64,000 nt of DNA from positions 30,352-94,351 of the forward strand of contig JBHGNT010000088.1 of NCBI GenBank assembly GCA_043228905.1, given 5' to 3'. Made by a program: the position numbers and the translations under genes. Below the pieces are notes generated by a model. It worked only from the letters and a program-made list of their open reading frames with translations. It was not told the DNA's origin and made no database searches. The stretch comes from Azolla caroliniana (lineage: Eukaryota > Plantae > Polypodiophyta). Below are positions 1-11,829 of the stretch, one piece after another; within the stretch, counting starts at the first letter, position 1; every line of letters starts with the position of its first letter.

Positions 1-299
1 AGATCGAGCTCCAAAATGAGGGGACGTTATGTATCTTCACACTAATCCTAGGTCGAGCTCCAAAATCCTAAAAGTCAAACATCAAGTAAAATGCAAATAT
101 TGCTATTTTTTATTCGGAAAAAAGGGAATAAATAATACTTAATTCGCATTGCATTGCAAAGACTCAAACTCTATACACTTACGAGTACAAGGTCAATGGA
201 GAAGAAAGCTTGGATATCAGAAGACCTAGGTAGGCTAAAGGCGTTTTGGGTGCAAAGAAATAAATGCATTGTACAACCAGCCATGGAATTGCAAATTTG

Positions 300-620
300 G
301 TGTTCGAATAGGCTAACTGACATCTGGCCCACCATAGCCTCTATCACGGTATAGAACATTTGGAAATCTAGATGCAAAGGTCTTGTTGGAGAAGAAAGAC
401 GACCAAAGGAGACAATCACTGCTCTATGGTATGATTTGATTCCGAATATTGGAGCTCAATATGAAGAGTTGGAAGGAACTTCAGACACAATGGAAGATGC
501 AAGTCTTTTCTTTCAACAATCATGGTCGGATTCACCCAAGTTAGTGGATTATGTAGATGGCGTGCCAAAGTGGTGTTACACCACACCAAAATGGTTATTT
601 CCAACTTGGCAGCCCAACCA
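300..620 (+). mobile_element. 3'-end remnant of an L1-type LINE ORF2
   Basis: Translation IWKSRC...LWYDLIPNIGAQYEELEGTSDTMEDASLFFQQSWSDSP...PKW aligns by eye with the C-terminus of the LINE at 8004-8630 (LWKQRC...IWSEIVATLKSQYDGLKGGSEGVERQRIAFIQQWSSSP...RW). Confidence 0.65.
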
Positions 621-769
621 AAAAGGTACATGGTATTTTTCTGAAATTTTACATATTGTGGGATGATAAACACATAATGGGGTAATGTGGTTGAATGTCT
701 ATGATGACATTTCTGTTGTACATATTGGTGTAAAGCCACTCTACCTATCTAAACTCGAATTTTTGGTCC

Positions 770-950
770 AGTAGCTAGGGAAGAATGTTGTGTTTCATGC
801 CTACACTAAGCACATCAAGGTACACTATCATTTTATCTGTGAGTAGATATTAGCCATTGAAAATGACCTGCAATATATCAATATCAACAAACAAGTGGAC
901 GAAATTTCCACAAAGGCATTAGGTCAAGACAACTGCGACAATTCTTAATG
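770..950 (+). mobile_element. Degenerate Ty1/Copia RNase H fragment
   Basis: Reads NVVFHAYTKHIKVHYHFICE*...QVDEISTKALG, matching the Copia RNase H consensus NPVFHxRTKHIxVxYHFIRE...ADIFTKAL; contains stops. Confidence 0.75.
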
Positions 951-1390
951 GGTCTAGGATAATTCAATGCATTGGGGTTGATGAGGAATACAACTAGTCC
1001 AAGGACCAGCACCGAGACGAAGACTAAGGAGCATATAGAGAAAAATGGCACCAAGTCAGTCAAATAAGTGAAAGAAAAAACCTTGGCACCTTGGGATTTT
1101 TTATGAACATCTCTAAATCATCAAGGTCAACCTTGCATGATCAAGATAGAGTACAGAGGAGGAATTTGAAGACCACGACTCGATAGTTCTAGCAACATTG
1201 ACCAAGTTTTCAAGTACATTTGACAATTGAGCCTAACAAAACACACAATCAACCTTGAGGGGTCGCGAGTGGTCATATAGATCACATCTAAGTGTAGAAT
1301 GCCCAACAAAGAAAAAGAGATTACAAAACAATTAAATGGCCTTAGCAATCCTAAAGAGGATACAAGAGCTTTGAACCCTTTTCACATTAG

Positions 1391-2901
1391 CTACAAATTG
1401 TTAGCGATTTCTAAAAGTGAGGTGTAAGTACCATCGATGCATGCAACTAACGCAAGAGCTAAAATGCAAAGTATCAATCCTTTCTCCCAAAGAACAACTT
1501 CTTTAGAGAAGAGCCTCAAGTAGCATATACATGGTATAGTGATTGCTACAGTGATGCTAAGGAAGGATCCAACCAATGCCATGATGTAGGCGAAAAAGGG
1601 TATAGCAATCGCAATTCCTACTGTACTTACAACGAGTAGAGTTCGAATAAGTATTCCACATATTATGAAATTATGTTCTTTCCAATGGTCGGGTATAAAC
1701 TCTTCTAAAGCGGCCGCTACAGGCGTAAGTGCTAGTGCATACTTTGCAAATGGGTTTACAAGCATTGCTATTATTGCAACTTGTGTAGAAATCTCTCCTC
1801 TAGGTAGGTTCAATGTGATTTGAGATTTAGCAGTTTCTCCAAATATCAAATACCCAACCACAGCCATGCCTCCATAGAGTAATGTGCAGAACACAAAGCA
1901 TACAATCAAAACCTAGAAAAGCAAATAAATGGAGCTTCAAATATATTAGTCAATCGATACAAAATATACATGCATGCATAAATATTTACAGGCATACAGA
2001 CATACATACATACATACATACATACATACATACATAAATGCAAGCATACTCTCATTCATGCATGCATGCATACATACATGATACATACATAGATGCTGTC
2101 ATTCATTTATGCATGCATACTATACATACATACACACACACATACATATATATGTTTCGATAGTTTGCCCTATAAATCAAAGTGACAAGCATGCCTATCC
2201 TTACATGAGAAAACTGTTTTCTGTCTTGCATCGAGCAATAGATACTTGGGAAGACAGCATGCCCACAGTAACAAAATGCATAAAGCCCAACAGCAATGGG
2301 TAATCCTTGTAGATTAACCAGGTTCCCGGATTGATATGTGAAACCTGAATTTGAGATGCCATACCACGATGTTGCCACGAACAGAGTAACACAAGCAATC
2401 ACACCCCCCGCTGATATATATGATAACAATCTTAAGTCGCGTAACCACACTGTTGGTAGCATCACTAGGGATGAGACGATGATGAAAGATTTCTCCGGAC
2501 TTAACTCGAAGTACTTCAAATTGATTCCTTTCCAAGCAATGAGTTGTGTTAAATTGTCTCCCTCTAGAATCAAGAACTCCGCGGCAACGGCGAAAAGCTC
2601 GAAATACAACAGCGCTGAAACAATTATCCGTCCATATTTACCGAATGCCACTTGACCTACATCTGGATAGCCCATGATGGATGGATCTAAGTCTATGCAT
2701 CGGCGTAGGAGGACGCCGGTGTAGCAACAAACCACGGCAAAGATGAGGAGAAAGCTCAATCCAGTCCACCCGCCTTGTGCTACGGCATACGGCATTGACA
2801 GGATGCCGACTCCTGGAGGAAGAAGACATTATGTACCAAAGTTTGAAGCATATCATGAATGAAATAATGTCCTTGATTTAATACATACCTGTGTTCCAAC
2901 A

Positions 2902-2943
<42 letters not shown>

Positions 2944-3553
2944 TACAAGATGAGCACAGCCTGACATAAATCTTGTAAGTTCTACCTGCAAGAATATTTA
3001 TTCCATTGAGAGAGGCCTCAAAAAAGCTGCTGCCTTGTATTTCTTTCAAGCTCGATAATTCGTCTTTCAAATTGTGGACCACTAAATGTCCTTGTGCACT
3101 GAGACAAACTTGATTCTTTTCCGGATGATCCTCACAATCACCATTAAGACTAGCCTTCAAGTGCTCATTATTTGTCAAAAGTGGTTCCTTAGCATCATCA
3201 CTGAACCCATTGTATTGATGCAATGCAGGAATTACATTATTGAGCTCTGGGTCTTTCAAGGATGGCACCACATATCTATCTCCACGGATCGAGGGGGATC
3301 GCATCGGTGGCGATCGCATTGAGGGGGATTGGGGAGATCGCATTGAGAGAGACCTCGAAAACAAATTCATTGAGTTCTCGTAGGTTTGTGGCCAATAAAG
3401 TTTCTCGGGGGAGCAATTCTCCGCCACCAAGCCCATGTCTAGGTGTGGAGAACTAATTACAATGGGAGTATTGGTCTGGTGACGCCTCTCAATTAGTGCT
3501 CTTGTGGGATGAAGAAGTGCTTTCTCATCTGGATCCACCTCGTTACGCTCCAT
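1391..3553 (-). CDS. AVT1: AVT1-family amino acid transporter (Aa_trans/AAAP), about 565 aa, 3 exons
   Basis: Exons 2986-3553, 2205-2812, 1391-1912 with GT-AG introns in phase (1698 nt). Motifs WPQTY, NGINILAGVGILSMPYA, YPDVGQVAFG, GLYAFCYCGHAVFPSIY, SQITLNLP, NPFAKYAL are typical of plant AVT1. Confidence 0.93.
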
Positions 3554-4134
3554 TTTCCAACCAAATTGACACACACAGTTTGTGTCCCAGTCTTGTTTCC
3601 GGAAAATGCGATATAATTAGTATAAGAATGTAGTTGGCATAAAAAGGATTATCTAGTATCACCAATGAAGCAAACTATACCTAGCCTGTAATGCAAGATA
3701 AAAATTATCAAAATATAACATGTACATGGGAAACCATATCCCAGCTACAATGAAGGTTTTAAGCTGGTAAAACCCATCATATGAAGGATGTAATTAGCAG
3801 ATACACACACACACACACACACACACATACATACATGAAAAGAGAGATAGATGCGCGCATCTTATTAGAATAAGGAAAGATGGAGAAATTTTTTTCGTTT
3901 CCTTAAAGCTGAAATCAGAACAGAAATAGATTAAAGTAGGGTGTGGTTATCTTTTTCAATCCAATGTACGAACGACGACACATATACATACGAAGTCGAT
4001 TCATTATACATACAGTATACTTAAGTGTATGTATGTATGTATATATACGGTACACTACATTCGTATACATATCCATGTACGACATGGTATTTGGTATTAG
4101 TTTAGAACATGAAGACATTCAGATTGATTGATTT

Positions 4135-4185
4135 CTTCTTCTTCTTCTTCTTCTTCTTCTTCTTCTTCTTCTTCTTCTTCTTCTT
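4135..4185. repeat. (CTT)n microsatellite upstream of AVT1
   Basis: Uninterrupted run of ctt units seen directly. Confidence 0.95.
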
Positions 4186-6032
4186 TGTGCCCATTATGCA
4201 CACAACAGACATACATGGACTTACTTGCTTTCGGCCTGCCAATGAATTCAGCGCAAGTTTTTCGACACACCCGACTATGCAGCTGTTGTGCGTCGGGGCC
4301 ACAAAGACATTAAATTAGGAGCAGAGCAATGAGTCCCAAATCCTGATTGCTCTCTCTCAGCTTCTTTTGCATGTTGTACCAACAAATTAATTATGAAATG
4401 CTAGGCATACTATTAGTTGTAGTTGTAGTAGGGGTAGGGGTAGGGGTAGGGGTGGTATAAGTAGTAATATTAGTAGTAGTAGTAGTATGATATATTGTGT
4501 GTACTACAAGGACCCCTCTTATATATGGTTTTCTTCATGTTTACCTAGCTAGCTAGCTACACAAGCTCTCCAAAGGTCATCCATGTCAACATCGCTCTTA
4601 ATGGTACCCCCCCCCCCCCCCCCCCTTCTTGACAACCAAATTATTGATGGACAACGCATTATAATTTATACATGTGCTCATTGGGAGGATGTTTATTTGC
4701 CTTGTAATGTGTATGTGTGTATGCGTGCATCTATGTCTGCGTGCATCTATGTCTGTAGCGGGGGTTTGGATTGTGTCAATATGGTGCATTTTTTTGTAGC
4801 TTTACTTTTATGACTATAAGGAGGCCCACATGGTACATTGTAGTAAAAACAGTGTGCACATGCATTTTGCTTGACCATTCACTCTACGATATTTGTGCAA
4901 TGTTTGATGGTAGATCTACATAGGAAAAATGACCATTTTACTTTTGTGCCTTTTGGTTGCTTGGATGAATGTGGAGGGAAATTAGTATTTCTTTTTTCAT
5001 ACATACCCCTATGTTATTGACACACAATCTTGATGCATGTAAGGGGAAATGGTTTTATATGTTGCCGAATGATGAACACACCATGTGTGATTGATTAGTT
5101 AGTTGTACCCTTTCACTATTCCTTGGATGAACATTTAGTGTTGTCTTCAATTGAGAAAAGACATTCTATACAATTTATGTACAAAAGGCATCTCATAATT
5201 GCCTTTGTGAATGTGTGACTTTCAATAGAATGCAATGGATTGAGAGAACAACTTTTTATATTATGTACATGTGCATTTGTCGCATGCCTAAGGATTGCCT
5301 CTTGTGATGAATGGGCTCTTCGACGTCATATCAAGGAAACTTTGGCGCTTCTTCACATTAAACAAATGAGCTCATTAATATTTAATTTATCCTTCTATCT
5401 CCCATAGTGTCCACACATGGAGACTTGTAATACCAACTTATTCTATAAGCAAAACATGAACCCATTCAAATGAAAACTTATGCATGAAAATTGGCAAAAT
5501 TATGCAATCCCTGTCCAAAGCCTTTATCATATTGTGCAATGATGTATTTTTGTGTTTCTTTGAAAAGATTAACCATTGTATATGTGCTCTCTCCATCCCT
5601 CGAGGTTAATATTTGTTGCCAAATTCAGTTGTCACATGTTAATAAATGTTTTCTTTAGAAAGAGTGTGTAGTATGGAATTCTTTTCAACTTTTATATATT
5701 GGAAGGTCTCTGCTAATGTTCGACAATGTAGCATCATGCATGGGTGATTTGAGGTTTCTTTAAAATATAATGATTATGTTGTTGCCTAGAGATTGTTGAT
5801 TCTCTTTCATTCTCACTCACACCCATAAAATCAATATGTGTGGCTGGATGGGATGGTCACTCACATATACGACCGGATTTGCCAAACTTCAAATACTAAC
5901 TTCAAAGAGAGTTTCTACCTGGGTCTTTTCAAGACTTTTCTAGTTACTCTACCAATGTTTGGAAACTTAATAGTGGTATTTTTTGTTTTCGTTGAAACCA
6001 AATTATTAATGTGTGTTGCCTTATGTTTGTTT

Positions 6033-6067
<35 letters not shown>

Positions 6068-6077
6068 GTGTGTGTGT

Positions 6078-6283
6078 GTCATATCATATATAGCCTTCAT
6101 TGCTCAAGGCTAATATTTGTTGTCACATGTATGATATGGATGTGATCATTTCTTCTACACGTGTACACAAGAAAAAGTCATATAATATATAGCCTTCATT
6201 GCTCAAGGCTAATATTTGTTGTCACGTGTATGATATGGATGTGATCATTTCTTCTGCATGTGTACACAAGAAAAAGTCATATC
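6078..6283. repeat. 99-bp tandem repeat (two full units plus the start of a third; third unit resumes at 8706-8804)
   Basis: Unit gtcatatcatatatagccttcattgctcaaggc...gtacacaagaaaaa starts at 6078, 6177 and 6276; the third unit is split by the LINE. Confidence 0.92.
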
Positions 6284-8697
6284 TTCTGCATGCCGGAGGA
6301 ATTTGGACAGGGGATGATACATCTCATTCCTAAAAGTGGTGGGAATGCCAACGACATTCACAAGTGGCGGCCCATTACTCTTCTCAATACTGTCTATAAG
6401 TTGCTCGCAAAAATCGTGGCACGCCGTTTAACTCCACTTCTCCCTCAACTCATTCATCCGTCACAGACAGGTTTCGTTAGAAATCGGAGCATCCTAGACA
6501 ACCTCTTCTCATTTTGGGAAAACCTCCAAAAGCTAGAAAGTGGGCTAGTTTTATTTTGCAAGCGATCCAACGCCATGATCAATTGGCACAAATCCTATGC
6601 AATATGACTCTCTCAGGAAACACATCTAGCGTGGCACCCACACCCCGCTTTCAAGTGGATCAATCAAGGAGCAAGCACCAAAAATTCGGGCTTCCAAATT
6701 GGCTTCAACATACCGCCGGAGACTATGATTGCACCCGTTATCCTTTCCATTCGACAAAAGTTGATACATTGGAGCTCTAAAAAATTGTCGCTATCAGGTC
6801 GCATCATAGTGGCAAATTAGGTACTCCTCACAACAGCATGGTACAGTCTATCATGCTGGACAATCTCCAAGTATACATCAGATTCAACGACTGGTCCGCA
6901 ACTACATTTGGTCTAGTAAGGAAGACCATGTAGCTCACGCCAAGGTGGCGTGGCCTATACTCACAACGCCTAAGTCGAGAGGGGGATTGGGTCTTATTGA
7001 TCCCCTTTTACAATCGAAAGCCCTACTTGCCAAATTTGTGGTGCGAGGACTCCAACCAGGAAATGATTGTTGGAAAATGCTACTGAGGTTACGTTTCGCT
7101 TACTTTAGGCCACGAAAAGGGGTCAATTGGGCCCCCCAAACGGGATGGATTCTAAACATGGATCTCAAACCTAGTTTCTCCCGCCATTTGGAGGACAGAT
7201 TCAGTGCATCCATGTGGAAGGCATGGTGTGACATTCATCGAGGGCTCCAGTGTGATCAACCGAGATCCGAACCTGCCTGGCTCAGTCAACGGATCCTATG
7301 GAACCCATGTCTAAAGGATGAATCTAATCAACTACTGGGATCACGTAAGGGGTTGTCATGGGGATACATTGCAGAAGGTCTAGGCAAAAGTATAGAATGT
7401 TGGCGACGGTTTATGTCAATGCCACTACAAGATCAAGCGAACATACTCCATGGAATTAGGGGCGGATGGACTATGAAATCTGAAATCATTAACGCGCTAC
7501 TGATTAGGGAATCTGCTACTCAAAGGACGACAATGGAGAAATGGATAGGCCACGAGGAGGAGGGCTCTCTGATCCCGAGAGGTAGGGGATCACCAGACAG
7601 GCTCGAAGGCCATGAATTGCGAGACACTGAGACACCCACACAGAATAACACCATTCGAGTACTCGCGTACACTGGTCATAAATGGATTGTAGATCCTGAT
7701 CCGATCAAAGTACAACCCGATTGGCATATATGTACTCATGAAAACACATGGCTACGTAAGGTCAGTTGGGACCCTTTGCAATGGACATGGCGTGATCCCT
7801 ACGCGGAGCAAGGAAGCAAACCCATCCCTTTCTTCCAATTCACAACTAGATTGGGTCGCCACATTCTAGCTGCTGAAGCCGCCCGAGAACCAGCTGCTGC
7901 GAAGGTCTGGCACACATTTCAAGTTCCCTCTGCAATAATCACCAAGTTTTGGCAGAAAATCTAGAAGCAACAACACGCGAGGCAAATTACCACTTTCCAA
8001 TGGTTGTTAATACATAAGTCCCTACCGGTGGGAGCATGGCAACGTGGGAACCTTAGCTCTCCTAATTGTGTAGAGTGCCCACATGTAGTAGAATCCATAC
8101 GACACGCTCTGTGGGACTGCCCAACGTCCCATAGAATATGGCGGGGGGTTGGCCGCTTGTTGCAATTATGCCAGGTGCAAGGTTCAATCAAGTGGGGAAA
8201 TATATGTTGGCTATCATGGCAGACTGCAATTGGCCGATACGAGCATCAGGAGGAGGGGATGACTTTGGTGATAAAAGCACAAGAGGTCCTTTTCTCCTCC
8301 AGCTGCAATATCCACTCTATTCCTCTTAATGACAAATCTCAAGAGGTGTTGGAATTGGTCAGCCCAATAACCCTTTGGATTTTATGGAAACAACGATGTA
8401 GGAGAGTCTTCTCCAACCAAATCACCCATCCAACAAGGTTACTGCAAGAGATATGGAGTGAAATTGTAGCCACTCTGAAGAGCCAATATGATGGCCTTAA
8501 AGGTGGCTCCGAGGGAGTTGAAAGACAACGCATAGCCTTCATCCAACAATGGTCGTCCTCTCCCTTTCTTGAGTCAATGGGCTTCCACATTAGATGGAAC
8601 TATCGCGTCCCTTTAGGGATTTGTACATAATCGTCTCATTTGTAAAATTTTATAACTAATGGAAGGAGTTTTTTTTTGGAAAAAAAAAAAAGAAAAA
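6284..8697 (+). mobile_element. 5'-truncated, internally deleted L1-type LINE retrotransposon (ORF2 remnant)
   Basis: RT N-terminal motifs IPK...WRPITLLNTVYKLLAK...SQTGFV.NRSILDN; later INWHKS, KVAW..LT.PKSRGGLG and zf-RVT-like CVEC...ESIRHALWDC; A-rich tail at about 8680-8697; 16-bp TSD aagaaaaagtcatatc at 6268-6283 and 8698-8713; frameshifts and stops present. Confidence 0.93.
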
Positions 8698-8834
8698 AAG
8701 AAAAAGTCATATCATATATAGCCTTCATTGCTCAAGGCTAATATTTGTTGTCACATGTATAATATGGATGTGATCATTTCTTCTGCATGTGTACACAAGA
8801 AAAAGTACTTGTCATTTGTAAACATTGACCATAC

Positions 8835-10320
8835 CCTTGTCATTATTTGATAGTGAAAGGTTGTGATTCGTGAATCTAGGGCTCGGACGGCCTTGAAGTC
8901 GTCTCAGGATTCCTAGAGGATCAAGGTCGTCCAATATTGTTTATCTAAAGAAAAAGTAAGAATATAAAAAAATTAAAAGTACAAAAAAAGGAGAGAGAAA
9001 ACTTTTGGGGGAGATTTTGAACGTGCCTCCTCTTTGTCTCTATTGAGACGTACCAAGATTTGATGTATGTATTGTAATTCTTTTGTACTAATATTGGGTA
9101 AAAACCAAACATCACATTGCAATCATTGTGATAGCATGTTGCCCTTAAATCATAAGCATAGTGATATTTTGATTGCTATCAAAACTTTGAAGGGCCAACG
9201 TATATTAATTGATGATGGGGTAGAGTGCATAACAAGTGCTACAACTATTGATGTTCATTACTTAGATGTTGTGGGCGAACGATGGTTCACAATAATAAAT
9301 AACGAAGGAGTAGCTATCCCTAATATTTATGCCTCAAAAGTTAGAATTATTGCTACATAGATTCATTGTTTTAAGTTTAAACAGATTTGTTCAGACTTTG
9401 GTGTAATTCAATTTGCCAGGTTTGATTCTCATTCCTAAATCCATGTTTTTACTCATTCCTATATTCATATTTGATCATTGTTTAATGGTAACCTTGTTTG
9501 GTACCTTTTGTAGGGTCCATGGACATGAGAAGAGGATGATGCCTTTTTGCAACTATTGTGGTCAAGATTCTTCTCATTTGATATTGGACTAACCTATGTA
9601 CGATTGTGCACAATAATAAATAGTGTTGGAACATTCTATCTTCACCTTTCGACATGTGTAAAAATTATACTTGAACAATATATCTTTTTTGAATATATGA
9701 TTCTTGAGAAAACTTGCATTCCATTTGATTATGTGTGTCTCTTGATTGATTATGGTGTTTTTCAAAAAAGTGTAATATATGTTCTTTGAATTCTGTTGAA
9801 TCAGCACGAAGGAAATTTGAATTAGCAATTTTGTTGGGGTTTTTCTATTCTTCCAACTCTATAATCATATGAATTTCCATTTTGAAAGATATAGTATTGT
9901 AGGATATATTATGCACAACCTGATGTTACATGAATTAACAATTAGTGACGGGTTCAATAAAGATTGAGTGATACAAAATGCTAGTTTGAAATGCATCCAA
10001 AGTGTGAAAACATTAGAGGCAGAAAAGTATTTTTTCAGCTGACAAAACACAATGTGGTTTCATGGGGTACATTGTCATAAGGATTTGCACAATCTATTTT
10101 AAGGTTGATAAAGGCATCAGAAGTAGGTTAGATATAAATTTGTTGAACACTTTTGTAAAGCTATATTGATAATATGCATAATTGTTCACAATTCTATGTG
10201 CCATTGTTTTGTAATATAGACCTATGATTATGGGGAGAACTTAGATGCTTTTATTGGTAAACGAAGGAGCATCTTCTAATTTTTCTATGGCATCTTTTAA
10301 TGTAGTAATGTATTGCTATG

Positions 10321-10410
<90 letters not shown>

Positions 10411-11135
10411 CTTATATCCTTTGCCATCATTTGATGATTCATCCCATGGTGCCAACCAAGATCAATGCATTTCCAACTAATTCTTTCCTTTGAAGCATAC
10501 CTTCTACAATATCAACACGAATAAGTTTGCAAAATATATTGAAGAGGTTTATGGCTCTTCTACACGTGGAGATTATGTACATTTCGTAAATAAGTTGCAT
10601 TCCAAGTGATTATATTCCACTTTATAGTGCTTAAGTAGGTATAAGAGATTGCATAGATATCCACCAATCAAATCCATTTATTTCTAAGCATCATTACCTT
10701 CCTCAAGATGAAGAGAGACACTAAGGTCTCATGTATTCATAAACTTTAGCTCCTTACTATTCTCCTTCAATATTGGGCATATCTGAAGATTTAAAGCATT
10801 GAGGAAAAGACTACATATTTCATGAGTTGGAGAGAAAGAGAAGCAAGAGGGAGTAGAGGAGAGGGGGAGGGGGAAAGAAAGAGATTTCAAATTTTCCTTG
10901 AAAAGGGCTTTTCCCTCCCTCTTCTTCTTTTTCTTTTTCTTTTTCTTTTAAAATTTTGGTTTTTCTTTTTTATATTTCTCTATTTTACTTTTCGATTTTT
11001 TAGTATATGTAATGTAAATATAATTATGTGGACGGCCATGATCATCTGAGATTCCCCAAACCACTTTAGGGCCATCCAAGCCATATATTCACGGGCTTTC
11101 ACTATTTAATGTTTCTGTATCAAATAGTGACGCGC
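8835..11135. mobile_element. Putative non-autonomous Mutator-like (MULE) DNA transposon
   Basis: Degenerate TIRs of about 100 bp (left gtcattatttgatagtgaaag...ggctcggacggcc...gatcaaggtcgtcca; right reverse complement gtcactatttgata...gtgaaag...ggcttggatggccc...gatcatggccgtcca) flanked by the direct repeat ttgaccatac at 8825-8834 and 11136-11145. No transposase recognised inside. Confidence 0.72.
10324..10408. repeat. (TG)n microsatellite
   Basis: About 85-bp pure tg run seen directly. Confidence 0.95.
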
Positions 11136-11250
11136 TTGACCATACCTATCAATGTGAGATCCACGAGAATGGTGTTAACCTTAACTAGTATTTTTAGAAC
11201 ATGATAAAAGTAATGGAAACACGTGAAAAATGTCCAATGGTTACTAGATA

Positions 11251-11603
11251 GGTGAGAGACAAGGATGCCCTTTGGCTCCATATTTATTTCTATTTGTGGG
11301 AGAAGCCTTTAGTGCATTCTTGCATAAGAACAAGTTATCTATTAAGGGTATACAGTGGCCAAGTGTGGAGGAGGCTGTGTTAGACTGTGAATTTGCCGAT
11401 GACACAACATTATATATTGTAGGAGATAAGACAGAAATCTCTGTAATGTGCAAAATGTGATCCATGATTTCTGTGATGCTTCAGGCGCTATTATTAATTG
11501 GCATAAATCAGTGGGAGTTTGGGTTTTGGGAAGGTCTTACCCCTACTTGGTGTCCAGACAGTGGATTCCGTTGGATACCAAAGGGCTCTCCTGTGAGATA
11601 TTT
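11251..11603 (+). mobile_element. LINE reverse-transcriptase core fragment
   Basis: GERQGCPLAPYLFLFVGEAF...DCEFADDTTLY...FCDASGAIINWHKS; frameshifted. Confidence 0.88.
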
Positions 11604-11829
11604 AATTCCCTTTTCTTAGATAATCTCTCCCTGTGAGCTTGCCCCACTTCTTTCCTTCTACATCCCTATCCAACTTTTTCTAACTTTTCTAGCTTGTTGG
11701 AATCCTAACTTCTCTCATACCTCTCTCTCCTATCTGATTTCAGTCAAATCACGTCTCATCTCCAACAACAAAATCTTACAAAAATGTCTGAATCATATCA
11801 CTAATGATTTGCAAATTCAATGGCACAAC

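Noticed and set aside
4102-4318. Poly-K, poly-F and poly-S ORFs, and HT/CV-repeat ORFs at 10245-10493
   Set aside because: Translations of microsatellites, not genes.
11251-11603. Idea that this RT-core fragment is the piece deleted from the LINE at 6284-8697
   Set aside because: The overlapping INWHKS region differs substantially between the two, so they are separate elements.
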